Shown in pieces: positions 1 through 10,700 of a DNA stretch of 64,000 nt. Every line of letters starts with the position of its first letter. The stretch's first letter is position 1. Source of the stretch: Acutalibacteraceae bacterium (lineage in GTDB: Bacteria; Bacillota; Clostridia; Oscillospirales; Acutalibacteraceae); the NCBI GenBank assembly GCA_045531935.1, contig JAZSEX010000033.1:16294-80293 (forward strand). The letters run 5' to 3'. The notes under the pieces were generated by a model, which was not told the DNA's origin, made no database searches, and worked only from the letters and a program-made list of their open reading frames with translations. The position numbers and the translations under genes were made by a program.

Positions 1-186
1 TAGTTCTGTAACGGGAACACCCGGTGCATCCTACTAAAGACTAATCTTATTCAGTGCACTGCTAACAGAATGAATTCGTGAAGGACGTCCTCTTTGCCTC
101 GCACCAACCGGCAACTCTCTCCAGATTATTTCCAACCTACTGGTTTCTGCTCATCGCATTTACTGTGTACAACGTGTTCAGTTGTT
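1..186 (-). promoter_or_regulatory. T-box leader RNA, 5' portion (Stem I through F-box). The antiterminator/terminator and the regulated gene lie left of the window. Apparent specifier is UUC (Phe).
   Basis: The minus strand shows T-box elements in canonical order: GCGATGA GA-motif (151-157), CAGAA (145-149), AGTA (138-141), AGAGAG AG-bulge (115-120), a TTGCC/GGCAA stem (110-114 / 94-98) closing a loop with GGTGCGA = GGUGNRA (99-105), then GAA-TTC-A (71-77). TTCTG (66-70) follows and pairs with CAGAA. F-box CCGTTA sits at 9-14. The helix directly above the specifier loop is not convincing by eye. Confidence 0.55.
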
Positions 187-192
187 GTTAAC

Positions 193-221
193 AAATTAGC
201 ACTTTAATCCGCCAAAGTCAA
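193..221 (-). promoter_or_regulatory. sigma-A-type promoter feeding the T-box leader
   Basis: Minus strand: TTGACT (216-221), 17 nt spacer, TAATTT (193-198). Confidence 0.4.
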
Positions 222-320
222 TACTTTTTTCAAAAAATTTTCAAAAAATTTTTCAGGCACAATCCGCCATTTTATATAGCTTTTATTTAAATATATAGCA
301 AATTTTTCTGCCGAAAGAAT

Positions 321-1025
321 TTATTTACCTGCAAATCTTTTGCCGAGCTCGCTCTCAAGATACTCTTCAGTAGTGCCGAAAAACTCGACACCACTGCCGA
401 TGTGAAGTATTTTGTCTGAGTATTTTACCGCACCCGCAATATCGTGTGAAACCATAATAACCGCAACCTTACGCTCACGGTTTAGCTTTGCAACGGACTC
501 ATAAAGCTCTGCCGAAACTATGGGGTCAAGACCTGTTACGGGCTCATCAAGAAGAAGCAGTTTTTCCGTTGCGCAAAGTGCACGTGCAAGCAGCACACGT
601 TGCTGCTGACCGCCCGACAAATCACAGTATGGTCTGTGGTGAATATGCTCTATACCGAGCTCGTGAATTGCATCGTGAGCACGCTGCCTGTCAGAGCGTG
701 AACGCATACCAAGCAGCTTTGCACCGCCCGTACAGCCAGAGAGTACAACCTCGTGCACACAAGCGGGAAAATCGCGCTGTATAGCCGTTTGTTGGGGCAG
801 GTAGCCTATTTTTTTACGTGTCAGTCCGCAGCCGAAATCAATGCTTCCGCCCTTTGCGGGGAGCAGACCTGCAATACCTTTAAGCAGGGTTGTTTTGCCC
901 GAGCCGTTTTCACCGACAATGCTCAGCCACTCACCCTCGTTAAGTGAGAAGCTGACATCCCTGAGCACGTCAACACGCTCGTAGCTCATTGTTAAATTTT
1001 TAATTTCAACTATTTTTTCCATCAT
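321..1025 (-). CDS. znuC: metal (Zn/Mn-type) ABC transporter ATP-binding protein
   Basis: Walker A GENGSGKTT, signature LSGGQQQR and Walker B LLLLDEP are present. The start overlaps the stop of the upstream binding-protein gene (ATGA coupling). Context is zur-znuA. Confidence 0.8.
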   Translation of the reverse strand: MMEKIVEIKNLTMSYERVDVLRDVSFSLNEGEWLSIVGENGSGKTTLLKGIAGLLPAKGGSIDFGCGLTRKKIGYLPQQTAIQRDFPACVHEVVLSGCTGGAKLLGMRSRSDRQRAHDAIHELGIEHIHHRPYCDLSGGQQQRVLLARALCATEKLLLLDEPVTGLDPIVSAELYESVAKLNRERKVAVIMVSHDIAGAVKYSDKILHIGSGVEFFGTTEEYLESELGKRFAGK

Positions 1026-1957
1026 TTTACACCCAATGCAACCTTGAGGTTTTCTGCATTTTTCTTCATAAGCGAAAGGTAGGTTTCTCCTGCACTGAAA
1101 TCGTCTGCCGAAAGATTATGGCAGGAATGAAGTTCAAGCACATCGGCACCCGTCTGCTGTGCAACAGCCTCAGCAACCTTGCGGTTTGAAAGCTCCGCAC
1201 AGAAAACTGCAGGTATTTTATTCTCCCTGACGGCATTTGTAATTTCAACAATTACGGCAGGGCTCGGCTCAGTGTTTGAAGTGCACGCATCAAGTGCCGC
1301 AATATACTCAAGACCGTACTCCTCACAGAAATAGAGCATCGCAAAACGGTCACACATTACTATTTTTTTGTGCTGTGCAGATGCCACTATCATCCTGATT
1401 TCGACATCAAGAAGCTCGAGTAATTTCAGATATGATTCTTCATTGGTTTTATAGTATTCTGCGTTTGCAGGGTCAATTTTGACCAGATTTTCGCAAATTT
1501 CATGTACTATCTCCATTGCATTTACGGGTGAAGTCCATATATGCGGGTCGGCAGAATGGTCGTGCTCTTCTTCTATATGACCCGCAGAGGTGTGAGTATG
1601 TTCTTCAGACTTCGTCAGATTCAGAACACTGACGTTTTCACCGAGTGAGCCGACTATATTCGAAGCCCACGCCTCCATAGTATCTCCCGTATAAATAAAC
1701 AGGTCGCACTCGTTTATTTTAACCATATCAGCAGGGCTGGGGTCGTAGCTGTGGCTGTCTGTACCCGGGGTGAGAAGCAGCGTAACCTCTGCCTTATCTC
1801 CTGCTAACTGACGCACAAAATCATACTGCGGAAACAGCGTGCAAACAATGCTTATTTTTCCGTTATCTTCTTTACCGCCCTCACTGCCGCAAGAAGCAAA
1901 GCCGATAAGAAACACCGCACAGAGCAGTAACGATAATATTTTTATGCCTCTCTGCAT
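1022..1957 (-). CDS. znuA: metal ABC transporter substrate-binding lipoprotein (ZnuA/TroA type) with a His/Glu-rich loop
   Basis: Lipoprotein signal LLLCAVFLIGFASCGS and a His-rich insert EEHTHTSAGHIEEEHDHSADPH typical of zinc-specific ZnuA/AdcA proteins. It overlaps the zur 3' end by 16 nt. Confidence 0.8.
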   Translation of the reverse strand: MQRGIKILSLLLCAVFLIGFASCGSEGGKEDNGKISIVCTLFPQYDFVRQLAGDKAEVTLLLTPGTDSHSYDPSPADMVKINECDLFIYTGDTMEAWASNIVGSLGENVSVLNLTKSEEHTHTSAGHIEEEHDHSADPHIWTSPVNAMEIVHEICENLVKIDPANAEYYKTNEESYLKLLELLDVEIRMIVASAQHKKIVMCDRFAMLYFCEEYGLEYIAALDACTSNTEPSPAVIVEITNAVRENKIPAVFCAELSNRKVAEAVAQQTGADVLELHSCHNLSADDFSAGETYLSLMKKNAENLKVALGVK

Positions 1958-2343
1958 TTTTCACACACTCCGCAAATCGTAATTTTATGGGTATCAACCG
2001 TAAAGCCGTGGTGCTCAAGCACGTGGCTGCTCATTTCATCGAGATAGTCGCACTCAACGTGAAGCAGGTTACCGCATTTCAGGCACTTGAGGTGGTAGTG
2101 ATTCTTGCAGGCTTCACCGCCTGCATACTGGTAACAGCTCACCTTTGCATCATCCGATACAAATCGGCGTACGATACCGTCCTCAACAAGCCTTTCAAGC
2201 CTGCGGTAAACTGTAGCCTTGCCGAGCTTTTCACCTTTCTGTGCAAGTGCAAGTTCAATCTCTGCCGCAGTAAAATGCTTATCGGCATTATCTGTAAAAA
2301 ATTTCAGCAACACTTCACGCTGTTTTGTATTATATTCAGGCAT
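1942..2343 (-). CDS. zur: Fur-family metalloregulator, probably Zur
   Basis: 133 aa with an N-terminal winged helix (ATVYRRLERLVEDGIV) and the CxxC...CxxC structural zinc site (CLKCGNLLHVEC ... CGVCEKC). It is the first gene of the znuA-znuC operon. Confidence 0.7.
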   Translation of the reverse strand: MPEYNTKQREVLLKFFTDNADKHFTAAEIELALAQKGEKLGKATVYRRLERLVEDGIVRRFVSDDAKVSCYQYAGGEACKNHYHLKCLKCGNLLHVECDYLDEMSSHVLEHHGFTVDTHKITICGVCEKCREA

Positions 2344-2363
2344 ATCAATACTCCAGATATAAA

Positions 2364-2437
2364 AATCCGTAATTTGAAACTGAAACTCAATTTCAAATTA
2401 CGGATTGAATTATATATGCAATTTTTTGTTTTGTCAA
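2364..2437 (-). promoter_or_regulatory. consensus promoter plus a 16-bp perfect inverted repeat (candidate Zur operator and/or maf terminator) upstream of zur
   Basis: Minus strand: TTGACA (2432-2437, overlapping the maf stop codon), 17 nt spacer, TATAAT (2409-2414). The inverted repeat AATCCGTAATTTGAAA / TTTCAAATTACGGATT (2364-2379 / 2391-2406) begins at about +1 and is followed by a T-run on the minus strand. Confidence 0.5.
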
Positions 2438-2991
2438 GTAAAAGACTTGATTTCACAGCAAAAACGTGACACGGGAAAGCCTACTACGTTGAAATAGTCA
2501 CCCTCAATGCCCTTTACAAGCACTGAGCCTTTGCCCTGAATTCCGTAACTGCCTGCTTTGTCCATAGGCTCTTTACTTGCTACGTACTGTGCAATAAGCT
2601 CATCCTCAAGCGGCCAGAAAGTAACCTTTGTGCATTCGTAAAACTTATGCACCCTATCACCTTTTATTATGCACACGCCTGTATATACCTCGTGTGTATT
2701 GCCCGAAAGGTCACGCAACATCTGCACTGCATCAGCTTCGCTGTGCGGTTTGCCGAGCACTTTACCGTCAAGCACAACCACCGTATCCGCACCTATAACA
2801 GCCGCATCGGGGTTATCTTTTGCAACAGCTGATGCTTTCTGAAAGCTGAGGCTCATAACAAGCTCGCACGGGGCAAGAGATGCGTCGAGCACCTCGTCAA
2901 CGTCAGCGGTAATAACCTCAAAATCAAAACCTGCAAGTGCCATAAGCTCCCTGCGTCGCGGAGATGCAGAGGCTAAAACGAGCCTGCTCAT
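2434..2991 (-). CDS. maf: Maf-like nucleoside triphosphate pyrophosphatase
   Basis: N-terminus LVLASASPRRRELM and GKPxxxxxA ... AGSYGIQG motifs over 185 aa. The start overlaps the stop of the upstream EEP gene (ATGA). Confidence 0.9.
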   Translation of the reverse strand: MSRLVLASASPRRRELMALAGFDFEVITADVDEVLDASLAPCELVMSLSFQKASAVAKDNPDAAVIGADTVVVLDGKVLGKPHSEADAVQMLRDLSGNTHEVYTGVCIIKGDRVHKFYECTKVTFWPLEDELIAQYVASKEPMDKAGSYGIQGKGSVLVKGIEGDYFNVVGFPVSRFCCEIKSFT

Positions 2992-4649
2992 GCCTGCTCC
3001 TCCACAAAGAGGAGGTCAGAGTAAATTGCAAAGTGGTCAGAGGCATAGATGCCGTCCATAACGTCGTACTTTGTAACCTCGAAGCCGCCGTTGATGAAGC
3101 AGTAGTCAATACGCTGGTAGTCATCTCTGCCCTTTTCGTAGCCATTATATGTGCCCGAGTTATCTGTTTCAGGTACTGTAACACAGCAGTCAGCATAGCC
3201 TCTGCCTGTCATAAGCGCAATAGCCTCGCTGTCGGGTGTTGCATTGAAGTCACCTGTAATAACAACGGGAATATCAAAGCTGTCTGCCTTATCGGCAACG
3301 AGCTTTGCCTGGTTTGTCATAGCCTCAACGCTTACGTGGTCGAGGTGAGTGTTGAGCACGGCAAACTGTCTGCCGTCAGCCTTGCACTCAAAAACAGCCC
3401 AGGTACAGATACGGTTACAGGCAGACTCCCAATCCTTAGAAGGCACTTCGGGAGTAAGTGAAAGCCAGAACGTGCCGCTGTCAACAACTGTGTATTTATC
3501 TGTACGGTAGAAGATAGCAGAATGCTCACCTGCGTTTACACCGTCATCTCTGCCGACACCTACGTGTGCATAAGTGCCTGCATACTCGGTGGTAAGCAGA
3601 TACATCCAGTCGGGTGTACCCTCCTGAGTGCCGATGATATCAGGGCTGACAGTTGCAATAACGTCTGTAAGCTCCTGCAGACGCTGAAGCGGATCTCTGA
3701 AGCGGAGATTGTAGGACATAATTCTGATGCCTGTTTCACCGATGTTCTCATAGCTGAGCTTCATCTTTGAAACTACGGGATAGTGGTCGGAGGAATATGC
3801 ACCGTCGACCTTACCGCTGAGCACCTTGTAGCTCTCAACCTTTGCCTTTGCATAGCTGACAAAGATAAAGTCAATCGGGGAAGCACCCTTCTTCTCAACG
3901 TTTTTCATACCGAAATTGTGGTAAGTGCCCATAGACATTTTTTCGTCTGCACAGTACTTTGTATCCATAAAGCCTGCCGCAACAATTGTGTTGTATGCAT
4001 CTGTACCCTCATCCGTATTAAAGTCGCCTGTGAGTACTACGGGCACATCAAACTCACTTGCCTTTTCGGCAATAAGCTTTGCACCGTTTTCGCGTGCTTC
4101 TACGCCGATATGGTCCATATGTGCGTTCATATGAGCATATCGCTTACCGCTCTCCTTCTCCTCGAGGATTACCCATGTGCAGATACGCTTGTACATAGCA
4201 TCCCAACCCTTTGAGGGTGTATCGGGAGTTTCGGACAGCCAGAATGTGCCGCTGTCAACAAGTGTGTATTTATCCTTAAGATAGAAAACGGGTGAAAACT
4301 CGCCGCCCTCAGCACCGTCATCTCTGCCGACACCTGCCCATGCATACTCGGGCATAGCCTCACTTACACGGTTAACCCATGCAAAATCAGCCTCCTGCAG
4401 ACCGAATGAGTCGGGCATTTCACCACGGATTGTCTTTGCAACAAGCTCACTGCGGTTTTCGGGTGATTTTTTGCCGACACCTGCAATATATACGTTGTAG
4501 GTCATAACCTTAACGTCGAGTGTATCACCGACAGGCTCAGCAAAATTATAAGACGGCAACGGAGTTGCAACCGAAATGCCGAGAATAAGAGAAATAAACC
4601 ACTTTAAAAAACCACTGTAGAGATTTACCCAAAAAGATAATTCGTACAA
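2988..4649 (-). CDS. secreted protein with two tandem endonuclease/exonuclease/phosphatase (EEP) domains
   Basis: TTG start with GAGGAG 7 nt upstream, and an N-terminal hydrophobic segment FLKWFISLILGISVA. Two collinear copies carry the EEP motifs: YNV/YNL, LQE/TQE, GVGRDDG, VDSGTFWLS, RICTW, TGDFN, SDHYP/SDHFA. Confidence 0.8.
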   Translation of the reverse strand: MYELSFWVNLYSGFLKWFISLILGISVATPLPSYNFAEPVGDTLDVKVMTYNVYIAGVGKKSPENRSELVAKTIRGEMPDSFGLQEADFAWVNRVSEAMPEYAWAGVGRDDGAEGGEFSPVFYLKDKYTLVDSGTFWLSETPDTPSKGWDAMYKRICTWVILEEKESGKRYAHMNAHMDHIGVEARENGAKLIAEKASEFDVPVVLTGDFNTDEGTDAYNTIVAAGFMDTKYCADEKMSMGTYHNFGMKNVEKKGASPIDFIFVSYAKAKVESYKVLSGKVDGAYSSDHYPVVSKMKLSYENIGETGIRIMSYNLRFRDPLQRLQELTDVIATVSPDIIGTQEGTPDWMYLLTTEYAGTYAHVGVGRDDGVNAGEHSAIFYRTDKYTVVDSGTFWLSLTPEVPSKDWESACNRICTWAVFECKADGRQFAVLNTHLDHVSVEAMTNQAKLVADKADSFDIPVVITGDFNATPDSEAIALMTGRGYADCCVTVPETDNSGTYNGYEKGRDDYQRIDYCFINGGFEVTKYDVMDGIYASDHFAIYSDLLFVEEQA

Positions 4650-4665
4650 AGAAATTCTCCTCTCT

Positions 4666-4697
4666 CAAAAACAGCCCACCCGAAATCGGGTGAGCCG
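4666..4697 (-). terminator. rho-independent terminator after the giant gene
   Basis: Minus strand: GGCTCACCC-GATTTC-GGGTGGGCT followed by GTTTTTG. One arm position is a G-U pair only on the minus strand. Confidence 0.6.
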
Positions 4698-4720
4698 CTT
4701 TTAATTTTTAGAATGATTGC

Positions 4721-7700
4721 TTATGCGTTATAGGAAGCAATCGTGCTGTAATCAGTGATGATATCACCGTCAGCATTCTGATAGATGACGTAAGCTCTTG
4801 CATACACAACTGTACCTGCTGTAGCGGAAACCGCACCTGCATAGTAACCGTTGGCTGCAGTGCTGTTGGAAAGGCCCTTACCTACGCCTGAAGCACCAAG
4901 AACAAATGCGTCTTCGTCTGTACCGACAGAAGCTGTCTTGGTAACGATGATACCTGTCTGGATAAGATCGTAGCCTGCAGGTATCGAACGCTCAGCATAG
5001 AAGTTAACCTTCTTAGATGCACTGTCGTACTTGGCTGTGGAAATTCTTGCTACGGGAACAGGAACAACAGCAGAAGCATCACCGTAAACGGGTGTAAGCT
5101 CTGTATCCTTGATAGCGTGGAATGTATAGGATCTGTTGTAGGAAGCGATATCACCTGTTTCAGCATCGATCCAGTAGAGGAAGCTCTCACCTGCAGCGTT
5201 TGTTGCAGATGCGCTGATGCTTACAAGTGCTCTGTCATTGTCAACAGATTCGTATACGCCTGCGCCTGTTGTTGTCCAGTTACCCTCGGTGAGGGTAACT
5301 GTGTTCTTAACAACAAGTGAGTAAACGGGTCTTACAATAATCATCTTTTCGTCGCTTGCAAGGATTTCTTCCTTTGTCATACTCCACTCCTTGAATACGT
5401 GCTCAGGAAGTGAGGGAGCAGCAGGAACTTTGTAATCTTCGCCTTCAGCAAGCTCGAAGTTTTCAACAAGATTCTCAGCATTGTTTACGTAAACGACAAG
5501 CTTCTTATCACTGTTGAAGCACTCGTTTGTTGTGAACTGAGATGTGAGATCCATGTCTGTAACAGCTGTAAACTTATAAACAGCAGAAGCACTGATTATT
5601 CTGTTAGAGCTGTTATTTGTCCAGTAGTAGAAGTCTGAACCGGCCTCAGTCTGAACAGCCTCAAGAGTAACAACTGAACCGTAAGGAACAATCTTCTTGG
5701 ACATTACGGGAACGTTGCTGTAGCTGCCTTCGTTGTAGCCGAAGCGGATCTTACCGATACCGGCAACGATAAGCTTGACTTCAACACTCTTTGTAGTTGC
5801 AACAAAGCTGAATGCAACGGGAGTGATTTCCCATGCACCGTCAACCTTAGCGGTTGCAGTGTAGTTATGTGTACCCTCTGTGAAGGTGTACTTAACAGTC
5901 CATGTGCTTGTGCCGTCACCGTTGTCTTTAACAGTTGCCTTGTCAGCGGTCCAGATTTCCTCTGTGCCGTTGTCAACGTTGTAAAGCTTGATAGCCTCAA
6001 CACCGGACTTAACAACAATACTGAGCGGTTCACCCTTCTGCTTTGCGAAGACATTGCCGTCAGGGCCTGCCTTAACAATTGAAGAGGGCTCAATAAAGTT
6101 GAGCTTGATTGTTTCGCTGTTGTTGAATACGAACTCGATTACCTCAAGGTCCTCGCCTGTGTTGACACTGACATCTGAGGTATCTGCCTTGTACTTAACA
6201 ACGTTGTTGTAAGTTTCATCAACTGTGAGTAAGATATCGCCGTTTGCGTCTGCATTAACGGGAACAGAACCGACGTTGCCTGCGTTATCTGTTACTGCAA
6301 CAGTGAAGAGCTTGCCTGCGTTAGCGGCACCTGTCTTGATTGTGAAGGTGTTATCCTCTGATACGTAGGTGAAGTCATCAACGTGGAGCATATCGAACAG
6401 GTAGTCGATGTAGAGTGAGCTGCCCTGAGTACCCATGTAATTGAACAGGTCAACCTTTGCTACACCTGAACCGCCGGGCTCTGTAACAGTAACCTTACCT
6501 ACACCGTTTGCTTCAAGCTCAGGCTTAAGCTGATCGTAATGATTTACCTCAACAATTCTGTTACATACGTTACCGAAACGATCTGCAACGTGAATAAACA
6601 TCAATTCACCATTATAAGGAGCACCAACAATACCTACCCAATTATCGCCTGCACCATAGGATATGAATTTGGTTGAATCAGCCTCCTTGCTCTCTTCATT
6701 AAATGTTGCAATAAACTCACTATTTGAATTGAGTTCACTGATGAATTTTTTCTTTGCTGCAGCTTCACCATTTTTAAAGTATTCATTTGCAACAACATAG
6801 TCAAGACCTTCTGTTGCGTTAGGATCAATCTTGTAAATGAAGCTACCGAAGTTGTTCTCACCAAAGGTGGGATCTACGTATGCTGCACCAGTTGCAAGAG
6901 TAGCGGGTGAATCGCTGAATTCCCAGTTTCTGACTGCACCGTTGAATAATCTGTAGAAAGCAAAACCGTTGCTCCACTTATCTTTACCGATATTTGAATA
7001 CTCATGATGAGTAAGAACAGCAGAACCGTTTACGGAACCGTCAGCATTCACGCCGTTGTCATTGCCGTCAGCGGGCATGGAGTTCATGTAGTAAACAAAT
7101 ACTGTAATCTTACCGTCTTCTGTTGTTTTTACAGGTTTGTTGTCGCCGCTTGCATATTTGAAGCTGTCAACACCGTTTGCAGTTGATGAGATTTCACCTG
7201 TTTCAGCATCCTTTTCAACAGCTGAGTCAGTTGCATCAATTGTGTAAGCAGCTGCCTGCTGTGTACCGTCAACATTACTGAACTGCGGGCTGAGGATGAG
7301 ATATGCAGAAGAATCTACATCATATCCGCCTGCTGCGTTCTTAGCTGTCTGAGTAGATACTGAATCTGTACCTGTAAGAGCTTTACTTACAGAGCTGATT
7401 GCCATACCTGTATCTACATCGTGAACGGGAGTGATAACATTAGCAGTTACACCCTTCATAGCCTGAGCAGATACTGACATCTTTTCGGGCTTGGATGTTG
7501 TAACAGTTCTCTGTGAACCGTCAGTGTTGAGAGCAGATGTTGTATCCTTAAGTGAAACAACAATCTGCGGATTGAGCTGATTAGTGTAGACGTAGAGTGT
7601 GTAACCGCCGAGGTTGGGAGTCATGTAGGAAGCAGTTACCATCTTGTCTGCTGAGGGAATTGTGTTTGCAAGCTCCTCTGAATGCTCTTCGTAGAACTTG

Positions 7701-10700
7701 TTGAGGTCAGTCTGAGTGTTATGGATTGTAACAACAGGAGCAAATGTATCAACGTAGAGTACAAGAGCCTTTATAGCCTTCTCAAGTCTGTCCTCTGCCT
7801 CAAGAACCTGAGTTTCATTGATAACTGTAACATCTTTATAGTTCTTTGCATTCTCAAAGGCCTGAACGAACTCGTCCCAGATGTTTTCGTTATTTGCATC
7901 GAGTGCCTCGTGGTCATAGAGTGACTCATCACTCATGATATCATCACCTGATCCGAGAGCTTCAACAAGAGTTTCTGTTGTAGCCTTACGAAGCTCAAGA
8001 TCGTTGATGATTTCTACAAGCTCTGCATAGATGTTATTAATTATCGCCTGCTGTGTCTTGGGAGTATCGTAAAGTGTATCACCGTTTTCAGTGTGATCGA
8101 ATTCAATATCGAAGCCTGTCTTGTTGGTGATATTGAAATTGTTAGCAGCCGCCTGAACAGTTGCGTTGATAATGTCGTTATCACCAAGGAACTCGATAAC
8201 AGCTCTCAGAGAGGTATCGGTGTACTTGGTGAAATCATAGAAGCCGCTTGCGTGGAAAACACCTTCACCTGCACCCTTCATGATCTTGTCGTTTCTGTAA
8301 ATAAACGCATTACCTGTTGTACCGAGTGTAGTGTGAGTTGAAGTGAAGAACTCCTCACCTACTCCGTTGTCATCGATATCGTATGAACCGAGAGAAGCGG
8401 CATTGCTCGGGTTGTTATAAAGGAATGCCTTTACAAGCGAAGTAATCTGGCTGAGATCAGCTTTGCCGAGACCGAGCTTCTCAAGTTCTGCAATAATTCT
8501 TGACTTAACGCTGTTTGTATCACCGTTAACAAGAGCTGCCTTATCGATGGTGTACTTATTGGTAAGTTCATTACCGAATACTGTTTCAAGAATATACTCA
8601 ACAGCCTCTGTACCACCGTCATAGCTTGCAGGAAGCTTTGTTGAGTAGTAGTAAATATTACCGTCGTCATCTGTAATGATTTTGTAATCAACTTCAGGTG
8701 TGCTAAGGTCATCCAGGTCACTGAGGATGCTCATATTGAATACGCGTCCGCCAAGTGAGTTAGCTTCAGTTTTACCTACAGTATCATCAACAATGATAAT
8801 ATCTGTTTTGTTGTCTTCTTTGTATGTAGGAACAAGACCGAGAGCCTCGTAGATAAGAGTAGCAACCTCTCTGTATGCATCTGTAGCATTGAGGAGCTTA
8901 AGTCCGCAAAGTTTCTCATACATTGCAACTGTTGCTGTATCGACTGCTTTCTGGTCAGCCTGGACAGCGCTTATAAAAGCGTCTCGGTTTTCTGCAGTCC
9001 AGCAAACAGCATTATTTGTTGCTTCTCTTTCAATGCCTGCCATAACCTCTGCAGCAACGGGTCCATAACCGTAATTTTTTTTCTGATAAGCAAGGAATTC
9101 AGCTGAAGCTTCCTTCTGGTTCAGAACTGCCTTGTAAGAATCGTCCGTGAACCAGCCGCCGTATGAGCTGCCTGTTACGGATTCAAAATCTTCACCCTGA
9201 GCGAGGTAGTACATTGAGCCGTCCTGGTAAATATCAATACCATAGCCGTTTGTATACCAGTCGCCATCTTTTCTTGCAGGTACTGCGTTCATGTTGTAGC
9301 CGAACTCAGCATCGTTGATGATAACTTCGCCTGCAGGAGAAGCAAGAACATAAATCTCTGAACCTGTATCATGGACAGCTTCACTTGTAAGCCATACAAG
9401 AGCATTTGCATCGTGATTGTTAATCTGGCTGCGAGCATCGCCATAGAGGTATGAGTAACCACCAACCAGAGAAACAATCTCTTTACCGACCAGAACTTCT
9501 CCTATAACTTCACCGTTTTCATCAACGTCTGCAAATACAAGCTGATCAGGATGTGTTGTTTCATCCAGTGTAATACCGATTGAATCGTCGAGCAGGTTGA
9601 TAGTCGGCCAGTTTTCAGTTGTACCGAATGCACCGCGATCTTCCTGTCCGTCACCGTCAATTGCAAGCTTAGCACTTTGACGTATGTCATTAGTAAACAG
9701 GGGAACTTCCTTTGTATAAAGCGGTTGTGTTGCTGAACTTCTGTAATCGACTTTGACTGTGATTTCTGTTGCAAGGAATTTATACATATCCTGTCTCATA
9801 TCAAGACCGAAGCCTGCATACTGTGCGCGTGTACCTGTTACATAGTTGAACAGATCTTCGGTAAGAACGTTAACAGCTTCAAGAGCTGTCTCGTATCTTA
9901 CAGCAACACCTGTTGAGTAATCGAGATAGACATCACCAACCTCATAGTTAGAACCGAGAACTGTGTAAATAGCATTAAGCTTATTCTGGATAGCTATCTG
10001 CTGTGCACTGCGGATATCCTTCTCTGCTGCAGGAATGTTTTTTTCGTCAACAGTTGTTGCGAGATAGTCAGCTGTGTAAGTGCCGATACCGTCGCCTGAG
10101 CCGATACCATTGTAGGTATAGCTACCTGCGATAAAGTTATCAACAAGGTTTCTTACACCGATTGTGAATTCGTTGTCTTCCTCAACATCGAACTTCTTTG
10201 TTTCAAGGTTAGCAAGAAGATCCTGAATTACAACAAGTTCATCGAGCAACATCTGCTGCTTTGTAACGTCAATCTCACCGTCCTGAAGGTATTTTACGCA
10301 GAACTGATTCCAAAGTGTTGTGATTTCAGAAATATCGCCGTAGGGTGATAATTCAATCGTACCGATTGAAGGATCAGTGATAACACGATTGCCGTTTTCG
10401 TCAACATATACTGTGCTGTTTGTATATGTGTTAACAGTAACAAACGTTGTGCTGAGCGAATCAATCTGTGCACCGATAGAATCGATAAGAGTCTGTGTGC
10501 TGTCATCAAGGCCCTTCCATGTAAGGATTTCTCTTGTGTCGTGAACCTCTGTGGTGTGTGCATTGATGATAGCCTGATCCTTAGCAGTAAGATTTCTGTC
10601 AGCCTTTGTGGCTAAGAGATATGCTGTCTGGTAAGGAGTCCATGTATCAGATGTGAAATACTTTGAACCGAGCTCATTGTCGAGTGTGAATGTGCCGTCG

